Below are positions 18,622 to 28,570 of a stretch of 64,000 nt of DNA, piece by piece. The notes beneath the pieces are model-generated. The model was not told the DNA's origin, made no database searches, and worked only from the letters and a program-made list of their open reading frames with translations. Each line of letters begins with the position of its first letter. Positions within the stretch are counted from its first letter, which is position 1. Source of the stretch: Bacteroidales bacterium (lineage in GTDB: Bacteria > Bacteroidota > Bacteroidia > Bacteroidales > UBA12077); NCBI GenBank assembly GCA_028282585.1, contig JANQHR010000126.1, forward strand, positions 40,832-104,831, given 5' to 3'. Position numbers and translations under genes: made by a program.

Positions 18622-19533
18622 TTACAACTGTATTACATTATTACGAACTTCAACAGTTTTTTCTATAATCTTAAATAATGTTTCATTCGAGATTTCAATA
18701 TACTGTTTGTCGTTTTGTTTAATAACCAACATCCCATCTTCTTCAACTGCCTCTGGTTCTCCCTTTTCGTAAGTTATTGTAACTTCTTTGTAAAGTTCTT
18801 GTATTTCTGCTAACTGATCAATTAGTTCTTTAAATTTTGGATCTCGTTCATAGTTTTTAAGTAATAACATCAAATTACTTAAAATGATTTTTTGTTCTCC
18901 GATCTTTTCCGAAAGTTCAGCATTTGGTGATTCCTTAATAACTTCGCTTAACAAATACATACTTTCAATCCAAACTCCGGCTACAATTAGTGAACTTAAA
19001 TTACTTCGGTTATTTTCTCTTAAATAACGATCCATTTGATTAAAATTTTGCACAGAAATGTACATCAACGAATCAAGATTTTGATTATTTGTAGCTAATC
19101 TTTTGAGTGTTGTGAAGTCAAAGAACTGTCCAACTCGTATTTCATCTGCAAGAGTTTTAATAGCGGATATATAGTCAATTACTCCTCCAGTTTTATTATA
19201 CATATTTTGATAACCTAAATCAGCGCCAAATATACCTAAACTAAGAGCTTGTTTAAAGCTTGTATTATAGCTGTCAACATAATCGGTAGTTGCGAGATAA
19301 TCTTTAGAATAAGGTACTCCGACTGCTTTAATTAATGCGGCAATTTCAACCGGAGATGAAATATTTTGTACAATTTCATCAATCGCCTGTTCTGAAATTT
19401 CTAAATCACCTTCATATATCACAGAATCAGGAACTTCAAATTCTTTTGAGAAGTCTGTATCCTTTGATTTATCAGAACGACAAGCTGCAAAAATTAATAA
19501 AGGTAATAATATGTATATCAATCTTTTGCTCAT
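18622..19533 (-). CDS. All-helical lipoprotein of unknown function (start moved to ATG 19533)
   Basis: MSKRLIYILLPLLIFAAC lipobox; ALSLGIFGADLGY, GVWIESMY conserved-looking motifs. Confidence 0.75.
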   Translation of the reverse strand: MSKRLIYILLPLLIFAACRSDKSKDTDFSKEFEVPDSVIYEGDLEISEQAIDEIVQNISSPVEIAALIKAVGVPYSKDYLATTDYVDSYNTSFKQALSLGIFGADLGYQNMYNKTGGVIDYISAIKTLADEIRVGQFFDFTTLKRLATNNQNLDSLMYISVQNFNQMDRYLRENNRSNLSSLIVAGVWIESMYLLSEVIKESPNAELSEKIGEQKIILSNLMLLLKNYERDPKFKELIDQLAEIQELYKEVTITYEKGEPEAVEEDGMLVIKQNDKQYIEISNETLFKIIEKTVEVRNNVIQL

Positions 19534-19614
19534 AGTCAATTGTGTTGATTTCCAATTATATTGCAAATTTAACATATCACATAAAGATATAAAAATATTC
19601 AATATCACGAAATA

Positions 19615-22600
19615 TTATTTTTTAATCTTAACCTTTTCGAGAAGATCAAGTAGTTTCTTTATCTTAATTTTTTCAGGTAAATCCAAAAGCTTTTTCAGCC
19701 ATTCATAATAAAGTGCTACATAGAAAAATAGTGTCATTACCCAAATAAAAATGAGATTAAACCAATAAGTATCATGATATGCTCCGGCAAAGTACTTTCT
19801 TGGGGCATAAAAGTGCGATCTAAAATTAAAGAATCCTTCAATGTCAGGGTCTCTATAAATTGGATCTACTTGTTGTACAAGTTCATCTTTATACTGAATA
19901 ATTTTATTTTTTTCAAAAACCTTTTTTACTTGATCCTCGACGCTCTCGTTATGAAAAGCGTTTCTTTTCATTCGATATAATTCAGGGTTAGTTTTTAGAA
20001 GATATCGAATAATATTTTCTTTCTCATTATTAGCTTTTTGGAATATCATTCCATAATAAGAATATAACTTCTCAAGAAACTCATTGGTTTTACCCAATAC
20101 CAATTCGTTGAAATTAGAAGTATCTAACTGATGAGCAACTTCAAAAGGAATACCAGTTCTGGTTTCTTCTTTTGGTAGTTCTGTTTTAAGCAATCGAAGA
20201 TCTCTTGTAATTTTTTCCTTTACTTCCGGATCTGTATCAAATTTATACCAATTATCTTCCATATATTCAACTCGCTTTTCAAGTTCAGGAAGATAGTAGA
20301 CCTGTTTAAAGTCGGCATTACTTTCACGCTTCTCTATTTCGTAAAAATTCTTTTCAAATTTATTATTTTTAAACTGATTTACCATTAAAGCTTCAAATGA
20401 CCATTTTGTTGGCATAAATTCAGCAACTAAAGGTACTTTCTTTACACTACCTATCGCTCTATTCATTTTATCGAATGGAAACATTGCCCCACTTAATATC
20501 ATCATAGGAATCATTAGTAATGGAATCAAAATATATATGGTTACAGCCGAATTAAAGGATGCTGACACATTTAAACCCATCATATTCGCAAATGCAGCGG
20601 TAGTAAAAAGGGCAAACCAATATTCAAAAGTCATCGCTCGAATTCCTAAAATATTGTTTGCGATAAGTACAAAAAATATGGATTGTATCGCTGATATAGT
20701 AAATAAAATAAATATTTTCGAAATCAAATAACTGGATCTACTTAAATTTAAAAAGGCTTCTCGTTTTAAAATTTTCCTATCCCGGAAAATTTCTTCGGCA
20801 CTAACCGTTAAGCCTAGGAACAGGGCTACAATTAGCCCCATGAATATATATATATGGATGTTTTCGTTTTCTCTAAAAATATAAACCTTTGAGTTAGGAT
20901 CGGCAATATAGCGAATAATATAAGAAAGAATAAATCCTAAAATTGGTGATTCAAGTAAGTTAAGCGCAATATATTGTTTATTGCTTATTTTAGACAAGAA
21001 ATCTCTAATAGTATAGATTTTTAATTGTCTTAACCATGAAGGGATTTTTAAGGTAGAAGGAGGAGGATCTTTAACCTCTTCCACTTCTTCCATTTTTATA
21101 TTTTCTTTAAAATTTTCTTCCCATTTTACAGGTGAAATTTTCCTTTTTGGAGTGTACTTTCCGTATTCGTCAACTACTTTGGCTTCTATAATGTTAAAAA
21201 TAAGTTCTGGATTAACATTACCACAAGTAGGACATTCTCCAACATCACTGTTAATTTGAGCATCTAGCCTTTTAAAATACATAACTCCTTCAACAGGGTT
21301 TCCATAATAAATCATATAGCCGCCTGTATCAAGAATTATCATATTATCAAACATTTTATAAATGTCTGACGATGGTTGGTGTATTACCACAAAAATAAGT
21401 TTTCCTTTAAGAGCAAGTTCTCTTAAGAGGTCCATAACATTTTCTGAATCTCTTGATGAAAGTCCTGAGGTCGGTTCATCAACTAATAAAATAGATGGTT
21501 CACGTATTAACTCTAAAGCGATATTAAGTCTTTTTCTTTGTCCACCACTAATCATTTTGTTCATTGGTGAACCTACTTTTAAGTCCTTACGCTCATATAA
21601 TCCAAGATTTGTTAAAGTTTTGTTTACTAGTTCAACGATTTCTTCTTCAGTTTTATCGTTGAAACATAATTTTGCATTATAATATAAATTTTGAAAAACT
21701 GTTAATTCTTCAATCAATAAGTCATCTTGAGGAATATAGCCAATTACTCCTTCAAGCTTTTCTTTTTCTTTATGAAGATTAACCCCATTAATTAGTATTT
21801 CACCCGAAGTTGGTTCGTTTAAACCTGTAAGAACATTAAGCAAAGTTGTTTTCCCAGCTCCACTAGCACCCATTAGACCAATGAGTTTACCTTGGTCTTC
21901 GGAGAAACTAATATTTCTTAATCCAACTCCACCATTTGGAAATACATAGCCAATATTTTCAGCAGTATAAGAAATCCGCGTCGTGGTGCTATCTGCAAGA
22001 TAATGAGCAACAACATCACTGTAATATATAGGTTTTCCTTTAGGAAGCTTTATAGTCCCTCCGCTCGCAAATAGGTAGATTCGGTTGTTATTAACTGGTA
22101 AGCCATTCAAAAATAAGTCTTCATTTCCAGTGTAACGCATAAAGTAAAGGTCAACACTTTTAACCTGAAGGATAAATAGGTTTCCACCCAAAGCTTCAAC
22201 CTGAATATGTTTGGCTTCTTTACTCTGATTTTTCCGATCGTTTATGATTAAATTTCCTGGATTATCAATTTCTGTAATTTCATTATGAATTACAAAGCTT
22301 TCGATATTTCTAAATTCGTCGCGGGTAAGTTTAAATACTTCAGAAACCGTATGAATGATGGCCATTCGTTGTTCTGAGAACTTTCTATCTGCATTTACTA
22401 ACTCAAAAAGTCTTACCAGAACAATAATTTTCTGTTTTTGGGTAAGTGTTTTATTAATCTTTTTACAGATTCCCAAGATTCTTACAGAATCCTTAACAGA
22501 AGTTAATTTTACCTTATCACTTTTTCCTGAATTGTCATTTAATCCGGCTTTTTCATCAAAAAGAGCCATATATTCAGGAATAGCTTCATCATTTAATTGC

Positions 22601-22710
22601 TGAGTTAAGAAATTTTGCACATATTCCCTTTCGCTGGATTCAACCCCTTCGTCTTGTTTTGCTATAATGGCAAACAATTGCATAAGGGCTTTTAAAATCT
22701 CTTCACTCAT
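19615..22710 (-). CDS. ABCG/White-type fused ABC transporter with TerB-like N-terminal domain
   Basis: Walker A GASGAGKTT, ISGGQRKR, LLVDEPTSGL, VIHQPS; NBD precedes ABC-2-type TMD; N-terminus LMQLFAIIAK.D.GV...ERE.V..FL resembles TerB. Confidence 0.85.
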   Translation of the reverse strand: MSEEILKALMQLFAIIAKQDEGVESSEREYVQNFLTQQLNDEAIPEYMALFDEKAGLNDNSGKSDKVKLTSVKDSVRILGICKKINKTLTQKQKIIVLVRLFELVNADRKFSEQRMAIIHTVSEVFKLTRDEFRNIESFVIHNEITEIDNPGNLIINDRKNQSKEAKHIQVEALGGNLFILQVKSVDLYFMRYTGNEDLFLNGLPVNNNRIYLFASGGTIKLPKGKPIYYSDVVAHYLADSTTTRISYTAENIGYVFPNGGVGLRNISFSEDQGKLIGLMGASGAGKTTLLNVLTGLNEPTSGEILINGVNLHKEKEKLEGVIGYIPQDDLLIEELTVFQNLYYNAKLCFNDKTEEEIVELVNKTLTNLGLYERKDLKVGSPMNKMISGGQRKRLNIALELIREPSILLVDEPTSGLSSRDSENVMDLLRELALKGKLIFVVIHQPSSDIYKMFDNMIILDTGGYMIYYGNPVEGVMYFKRLDAQINSDVGECPTCGNVNPELIFNIIEAKVVDEYGKYTPKRKISPVKWEENFKENIKMEEVEEVKDPPPSTLKIPSWLRQLKIYTIRDFLSKISNKQYIALNLLESPILGFILSYIIRYIADPNSKVYIFRENENIHIYIFMGLIVALFLGLTVSAEEIFRDRKILKREAFLNLSRSSYLISKIFILFTISAIQSIFFVLIANNILGIRAMTFEYWFALFTTAAFANMMGLNVSASFNSAVTIYILIPLLMIPMMILSGAMFPFDKMNRAIGSVKKVPLVAEFMPTKWSFEALMVNQFKNNKFEKNFYEIEKRESNADFKQVYYLPELEKRVEYMEDNWYKFDTDPEVKEKITRDLRLLKTELPKEETRTGIPFEVAHQLDTSNFNELVLGKTNEFLEKLYSYYGMIFQKANNEKENIIRYLLKTNPELYRMKRNAFHNESVEDQVKKVFEKNKIIQYKDELVQQVDPIYRDPDIEGFFNFRSHFYAPRKYFAGAYHDTYWFNLIFIWVMTLFFYVALYYEWLKKLLDLPEKIKIKKLLDLLEKVKIKK

Positions 22711-22747
22711 AATTTAAAATATATGATAATAAAAGGTAAGCTGATAA

Positions 22748-23128
22748 TTATAAGGTATAACTTACTTGCTCAAAAGGAACATCAACGATATCTGCATATT
22801 CTTCACCTGCTTCTTCCATATCTTCATCATCTTCCGGGAAATACCACTTAATTAGAACACTCTTTCCATTTTCATGCATTTCTTCTAGCTTCATTAAAAT
22901 ATCAAGAATTAATTTTGAAGATGCAGTGTTGAAATATACTAATTTAAAGGAAAATACTGTTTGGTCATTTGCCTCTTCCTGATAATCTTCCAGCCAATTT
23001 AAGATAGGCTCATAAAAAGTTGTTACGTCTTCAGGAAGCGATCTGCCTGAAATTTCAAAAATCCCATTTTCTTTGTCTAGAATAATGGTAGGAGTATCGT
23101 CAGTACCTTTAATCTTTATTACTTCCAT
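22748..23128 (-). CDS. SiaC-like regulatory phosphoprotein (DUF1987)
   Basis: TP.I......G...ISGRSLPED...FY.PI..WL, YFNTASSK with Thr68, WYFPEDDEDM.EAGEE. Confidence 0.9.
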   Translation of the reverse strand: MEVIKIKGTDDTPTIILDKENGIFEISGRSLPEDVTTFYEPILNWLEDYQEEANDQTVFSFKLVYFNTASSKLILDILMKLEEMHENGKSVLIKWYFPEDDEDMEEAGEEYADIVDVPFEQVSYTL

Positions 23129-23142
23129 GATATAATTATAAT

Positions 23143-23718
23143 TTATGCGTTTCTTGAAATTGAAGATGTTAATAGAAAGAATGAACTTCCTTCATCAATT
23201 GGAAGAAAATGAAATTCCAGTTTATTTCCAGTTTTACGAGCGATATCGATAAAACCTAAACCGGCACCACCTTTCTCTGAAAGTCTTCCTTCTTTCATCT
23301 GGCTTTTATAAAGTTGCTTTAGACCCTCTTTGTCTAAGCTGTTAATATGGTTGAGCATTTCAGTAAGTTCTTCAATTTTATCATTTTCAATTACATTACC
23401 AGTTGTAACATGATAATCTGTTTTTCCTTTACTTACCATAAAAATGCCTCGGCCTGCAAATAAGAAATCATCCGATCCAAAAGAATCGGCATGTTTACTT
23501 ATATTCTGCAAGCATTCAACCATAACATGGAACACCTTCTTCTGAACTGAATTGGCTTCTGATTCTTTAGCCATGTTCGATTCAGTTAGAGAAGTAAATG
23601 CTTTGGTAATTTGGTGAGTAATTTCTCCCTCATATACCAAAGTAATTTCGTGCGCTTTCATGGACCGGTAAAAATCATAAACAAACTCCAGAAAGCCTTT
23701 TACATTACTTTTATCCAT
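23143..23718 (-). CDS. SiaB-like GHKL protein kinase (DUF6272)
   Basis: L.YEGEI, MVECLQNISKH, TGN, GGAGLGFIDIARK, EFHF motifs. Confidence 0.9.
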   Translation of the reverse strand: MDKSNVKGFLEFVYDFYRSMKAHEITLVYEGEITHQITKAFTSLTESNMAKESEANSVQKKVFHVMVECLQNISKHADSFGSDDFLFAGRGIFMVSKGKTDYHVTTGNVIENDKIEELTEMLNHINSLDKEGLKQLYKSQMKEGRLSEKGGAGLGFIDIARKTGNKLEFHFLPIDEGSSFFLLTSSISRNA

Positions 23719-23756
23719 AGGTTGTAAAATTAATATTTATTAAAAATAATAAAAAA

Positions 23757-26381
23757 TTAAAATTCTATTCCAATTAATAATACATCATCGATCTGTTTTT
23801 GCTTTCCTTTCCAGTTTTTAAAATCAGTAGCAAATAAATTTGAAAACTGTTGCATAGAAAGATCCTTGTTTTCAGTAATATGTGATCGAATTCGTTGAGG
23901 AGAGTATTTTCTTCCCTCAGGTCCGCCAATCTGGTCCGGCATTCCATCTGAGAAAATAAATATTTTATCTCCTTTTTTTATTTCTATAATATGATTAATG
24001 AAATCCTTTTCTGCTTTTTTTCTATGTGGTATACCTCCAATAGCTTTTCGGTTTCCCTTATATTCTAATAACTCACCATCTCTTAACAGATATAATGGTC
24101 TATGAGCTCCGGAGAATTGTAACTCTTTCTTTTTAAGATTAATTCGGCAAAATGCTATATCCATTCCATCCCTTGCATCAGCATCTATTCTGTCTTGCTT
24201 TAAGGTTGTTCTTACACCGAAATGTAACTTATCAAGTATTTGGCCGGCGGTATAATTTACATCGTGGTCGACAATATTGTTTAATTGGAAATATCCGATA
24301 AATGATAAGAGAGCACCTGGAACACCATGACCAGTGCAGTCAACCGCCGAGATATATAAGATATCATCCTTTTTAAAGAACCAAGGAAAATCACCACTAA
24401 CAACATCACGAGGTAAATAAAAAATAAATGATTTTGGCAAATATTCCTGAATTATTGCCGTATTAGGTAAAATTGAAGATTGAATGCGTTGTGCATAGTT
24501 AATACTTTCATTGATTTTTTTATTCTTATCTTTAATTTCAAGCTCAATCTGTTTAGCCTCAGTAATATCATGACCTACAAAAAGAATAGTTTCAAGTTCA
24601 TTTTCGTTAAATTCAGGTATAGCATTGAAATTCATAATGCGTTCACCCAAATGTGCTGTTGGCATGTTTAGTTCTTCATTCAGCTTTTGATTTGATTTGC
24701 GTATTTTCTTGATTGATTCCCTAAAGAAACTTACTAAAACAGGTTCAACGTCTAATTCATCAATTCGACTATTAATAATATCTTTTGATTTTACTCCAAG
24801 ATAATCATCAACCATTGGATTAGCGTAAAAAAACTGGCCTTTTGTATTCATACGCAATATTAGATCGGGAGAATTTTCCGATAATGATTGCATTTTACTT
24901 TTCATTCTTTCCTCTTTTTCGGCTCTCTTTCTTTCTGTAATATCTTGAGAATTAAGAATGATACCATTTATGGCAGGATCATTTAATAAATTTCGTCCTG
25001 TTGTTTCAATATGAATTTTTTTACCATCTTTCTTTATATAAGTATATTGAATTGCTCGCGGAGTATGTGAATCTTCCAATAACTGCTCAAACATTTCTTT
25101 CATAGCAGCTTCACCTTTGGCTGTTAATCGGTCCATATCTTTACCACTCATCATTTCTTCAGGAGTATATCCTAGGATTTTAGTGACAGAAGGACTCTGG
25201 TAAATAAGTTTTAGCTCATTATTATAAATTGAGATTACCTCGGATGCATTTTCAAGAAGTGAATGAAGTCGTTTTTGTGCATTTTCAACTTCTTTTATTT
25301 GTGTTTCAAGCTTTTTATTGGATATTTCAAGCTCTTCCTGAGTGGCCCTCATTTCTTCAGCATTCTGACGAAGTTGCTCTTCATTTGCTTTAAGCTCCGT
25401 AGTCATTTCTTGTGACTCTTTGAGTAACTTCTCTGTTTTCTGATTCATTTTCAGGTTATACAGAGTACGAGCTATAATTTCTCCCAATTCTTTAAGGAAA
25501 ATAATGGTGAGTTCCGGGAATCGGTCTTTTATTGATGCAAATTCAATTACACCTTGTAACTTTTCTTCAGTTATTAAAGGAACAATTAGAATACTGCAAG
25601 GCTTTTTATCACCTAAAATCCCGGATGTAATCGACGCATAATCTTCCGGAATCTCAGTTCTGTAAACTATGTCATGCTCATATGCGCACTGCCCAATTAG
25701 ACCTTCTCCAACTTTGAATTCTTGGTTTATATATCTTTTTCTATTATAAGCATAGGTACCAAGATTTATGATTTTATTTTCTTGATCGTTGTATAAATAA
25801 AAAGATCCTTGAATTACATCAATATATTTTATTAATTCAACAAGAACTTCATATGCAAGTTCTTCAATATTGTTATGCATTCGAAGTATTCCCGAAATTA
25901 AATCTTTACCTTCAGATATCCAGTTTTGTTCTTTCTCTTTTTTACTATTTGCGAGAAGGTTATCGCGCATAACAATTAATGACTTTCCAATTATATCGTC
26001 TTCATCAATAAGATCATCTTTGTCATCATATATTCCTTCGCCAATTTTTTTTGCGAATCTTGCATTTCTGTTAATGTCTTGATCACGTTGCTGAATGATT
26101 CTTTCAAACGCAGATTTATCTCGTTCTCTCTTCTTTATTGAAAAATAGATTACTACAACAACAATAATTGGTAATGAATCGATCAACCAATGTATAGGAT
26201 TTGTTTTATGAATATGAACTATTGTTTGAAAAGATATACTTTGATTATTTAATAAAATATCAATAATCCATGAAAAGAATAAAAAGAGCAATGAAACACC
26301 AGCTCCAATTAATAAATCGTTGTATGAAATTACACCTAATTTGCTTTTCTGTTTTCTAACAGCCATATATTCATTAAACAT
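23757..26381 (-). CDS. Membrane sensor phosphatase: TM-GAF-coiled coil-PAS-PAS-SpoIIE/PP2C (SiaA-like)
   Basis: Two TM helices; GEGLIGQC GAF; two PAS units; SINYAQRIQ..ILP, PRDVVSGDF, DCTGHGVPGA, DGMD, FSDG..DQ.GG, QIDDVLLIG. Confidence 0.9.
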   Translation of the reverse strand: MFNEYMAVRKQKSKLGVISYNDLLIGAGVSLLFLFFSWIIDILLNNQSISFQTIVHIHKTNPIHWLIDSLPIIVVVVIYFSIKKRERDKSAFERIIQQRDQDINRNARFAKKIGEGIYDDKDDLIDEDDIIGKSLIVMRDNLLANSKKEKEQNWISEGKDLISGILRMHNNIEELAYEVLVELIKYIDVIQGSFYLYNDQENKIINLGTYAYNRKRYINQEFKVGEGLIGQCAYEHDIVYRTEIPEDYASITSGILGDKKPCSILIVPLITEEKLQGVIEFASIKDRFPELTIIFLKELGEIIARTLYNLKMNQKTEKLLKESQEMTTELKANEEQLRQNAEEMRATQEELEISNKKLETQIKEVENAQKRLHSLLENASEVISIYNNELKLIYQSPSVTKILGYTPEEMMSGKDMDRLTAKGEAAMKEMFEQLLEDSHTPRAIQYTYIKKDGKKIHIETTGRNLLNDPAINGIILNSQDITERKRAEKEERMKSKMQSLSENSPDLILRMNTKGQFFYANPMVDDYLGVKSKDIINSRIDELDVEPVLVSFFRESIKKIRKSNQKLNEELNMPTAHLGERIMNFNAIPEFNENELETILFVGHDITEAKQIELEIKDKNKKINESINYAQRIQSSILPNTAIIQEYLPKSFIFYLPRDVVSGDFPWFFKKDDILYISAVDCTGHGVPGALLSFIGYFQLNNIVDHDVNYTAGQILDKLHFGVRTTLKQDRIDADARDGMDIAFCRINLKKKELQFSGAHRPLYLLRDGELLEYKGNRKAIGGIPHRKKAEKDFINHIIEIKKGDKIFIFSDGMPDQIGGPEGRKYSPQRIRSHITENKDLSMQQFSNLFATDFKNWKGKQKQIDDVLLIGIEF

Positions 26382-27146
26382 TTAATACTTCAATACTACC
26401 TGTGCAATTTGCTCTGCCATGCCTTCAAATAAATCAATAAAATTTGATTTAAATTCTTTAAAAGATGCTAATTCTATAATTGCATGTGTTTTGTTTTCCC
26501 AAACTATTGGGATTATTATAACGTGGTCTGGCGAACTGCTTCCTAATCCAGACAGTATGGTAACATAATTTTCAGGAATTTCTTCTAAAATTAAAGCCTT
26601 TTTGTTTTTTGCAACCTGCCCTGATAATGTTTCACCAATATTAAAGCTTTTTGGTTCTTCTTCACCAAAGTAAGCATATTTTCCAGTAATATTATAGATG
26701 TCTTTGTTTTTTTCTTTTACAAAGAATAACCCCTGGACAATATCAAATTCTTTTGCAATATTTGAAAGAATTTTCTCGGTTAATTTTATTATATCGGTTT
26801 TGGCGTTTGCTTTAGGTATTATCTTTTTTAAATAATATTCAACATCAAAAGATTCTTCCCGGCCAGATTCATCTTCAAAGTCCATTTTTTTAGTATCTTC
26901 TTCAATTTCAGCAAGCTTATTGCGATTGTATTTATCATTGGAACCGTTGCTATATGTAGCTAAAATTGAGATGATAAATAAAGCTACTGTTAATATGGAA
27001 GCTAGTCCCAATAACAAATAAAGGTTTCGGGAATAACTATAGCTTTCAATTATGTTTTGAAGATGTCCAAAAAGTATAAAAAAGATGATTAGTTCGGAAA
27101 GAAGAACTGTAAAAGCAATGATTTTATATAAACTAGTTTTATTCAT
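26382..27146 (-). CDS. Membrane-anchored GAF domain protein
   Basis: Two N-terminal TM helices; GETLSGQVAK, IPENY..I.SGLG, IIELASF, paralogous to the GAF of the adjacent phosphatase. Confidence 0.8.
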   Translation of the reverse strand: MNKTSLYKIIAFTVLLSELIIFFILFGHLQNIIESYSYSRNLYLLLGLASILTVALFIISILATYSNGSNDKYNRNKLAEIEEDTKKMDFEDESGREESFDVEYYLKKIIPKANAKTDIIKLTEKILSNIAKEFDIVQGLFFVKEKNKDIYNITGKYAYFGEEEPKSFNIGETLSGQVAKNKKALILEEIPENYVTILSGLGSSSPDHVIIIPIVWENKTHAIIELASFKEFKSNFIDLFEGMAEQIAQVVLKY

Positions 27147-27155
27147 ACAAATTGA

Positions 27156-27713
27156 TCATGTTATTTTTTGCAGGAATTTAATAATTTGATCTGTTGTAAA
27201 TATGTGATCTACAGTTGTTAATTTAAGTGATGCTTCCGTCATTGTTTTTACCTGGCACTCATTTGGGTCTTGAACAATAGTTAAACCACCAGCTTGTTTT
27301 AATTTTTTAAGGCCGTATGCTCCATCTCGATTAGCTCCGGATAAGATGATACCAATTAATTTATTTCGATATGCTTGTGCCGCTGTTTCAAACGTAAGAT
27401 CGATAGACGGACGTGAATGATTTACAGGCTCTTCGGTTGACAATGCAATTCGCTTATTTAGTTCAATATACATATGGTAATTTGCTGGTGCAAGATAACC
27501 TTTTCCTGGTTTAATAGTTTCTTTATCGTAAGGTTCCACAATTGGAATTGTTGATTTAATAGATAAAGCTTCAACGAATCCGGAACGTACATGCTTTAAC
27601 CTATGTAAGCTTAATAAAACAGGTAATGGAAAATTTTTAGGTAAAGAACTTAATATTTTTGTAATTACCTGAAAACTCCCGGCTGATCCTCCTATAACAA
27701 CGGCTTTATACAT
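27156..27713 (-). CDS. cheB: Stand-alone CheB methylesterase (no receiver domain)
   Basis: VIGGSAG (Ser), LHR (His), SRPSID, GIILSGANRDGA.G (Asp), TIVQDP. Confidence 0.92.
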   Translation of the reverse strand: MYKAVVIGGSAGSFQVITKILSSLPKNFPLPVLLSLHRLKHVRSGFVEALSIKSTIPIVEPYDKETIKPGKGYLAPANYHMYIELNKRIALSTEEPVNHSRPSIDLTFETAAQAYRNKLIGIILSGANRDGAYGLKKLKQAGGLTIVQDPNECQVKTMTEASLKLTTVDHIFTTDQIIKFLQKIT

Positions 27714-27718
27714 TTAAA

Positions 27719-28549
27719 TTACGATAGTTTCTTTTTATATATACTTTCATCTTTATTAACTACAGAAAAATCTTTTTCTGAATTCCAGTATTCGATCTTT
27801 TCATTGTTTCCAACAATAAAATGTCCTCCCGGAACCATGCTGTTATAAATAATTTTTATAAACCGTTCCTGCAAAATTTGATTATAATATATCATTTGAT
27901 TTCGGAACAATACTAATTTTATCCCTTTCGGATAATCATCAAATATAATATTTTGTTTGATAAATTTAGTATTCTCTATTAAAGAAGTATCCCATCGGGC
28001 TTTATCTCCATCAATTTTATAAAAACCAGAGAGGTTTGCATCACTAAAAACTCTTTTAAAGTTAGCATCGTTAACTTCTGATTTTTTCGGATCAAAAATA
28101 CCCTGTTTGGTCTTATCGATATGAAGTTCACTAATGCTTGATGCTATAAGTTGCACTTTATCCAGTAGATTAAGTTTTTTAAGAACTATTGCTGCCGAAA
28201 ATAATTCATCTCCGGAAGAAACCTCAGGAAACCAAATTTTAAAACTTGTACTTCCTTTTATATTTTTAGGAAATATTTCTTCTCTTAATAATCTCCATAA
28301 TGACGGATCACGGAAAGCTTCAGTATTTTCTACGCAAATTTCCTGAAGAAATAATTCAAAAAAATTTTTTTCCAGTTCAATTTTACGAATAAAGCCATCC
28401 GCATCTTTTAATTTATGATTAATGATAATTTTTTCAACACTTCGTTTAAAAAAAGTAAGTGCATAATTTTTAAAGTCATAATTATAAACATCTTGTAATG
28501 TTTTAATTATGTTCCTGGTATCTACTATGCCTAGTTCGTATTTAATCAT
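27719..28549 (-). CDS. CheR-like protein with degenerate SAM-binding motifs
   Basis: YDF..Y, TEAFRDP, IWFPEVSSGDELFS, VLFRNQMIYY. Confidence 0.8.
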   Translation of the reverse strand: MIKYELGIVDTRNIIKTLQDVYNYDFKNYALTFFKRSVEKIIINHKLKDADGFIRKIELEKNFFELFLQEICVENTEAFRDPSLWRLLREEIFPKNIKGSTSFKIWFPEVSSGDELFSAAIVLKKLNLLDKVQLIASSISELHIDKTKQGIFDPKKSEVNDANFKRVFSDANLSGFYKIDGDKARWDTSLIENTKFIKQNIIFDDYPKGIKLVLFRNQMIYYNQILQERFIKIIYNSMVPGGHFIVGNNEKIEYWNSEKDFSVVNKDESIYKKKLS

Positions 28550-28570
28550 TCATTTTACCTTTTTACATCT

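Noticed and set aside
19615-22710. ABC transporter as the lasso peptide exporter
   Set aside because: It is ABCG-type rather than the ABCB-type D protein, is separated from the cluster by a terminator and purD, and is embedded in the Sia/Che locus.
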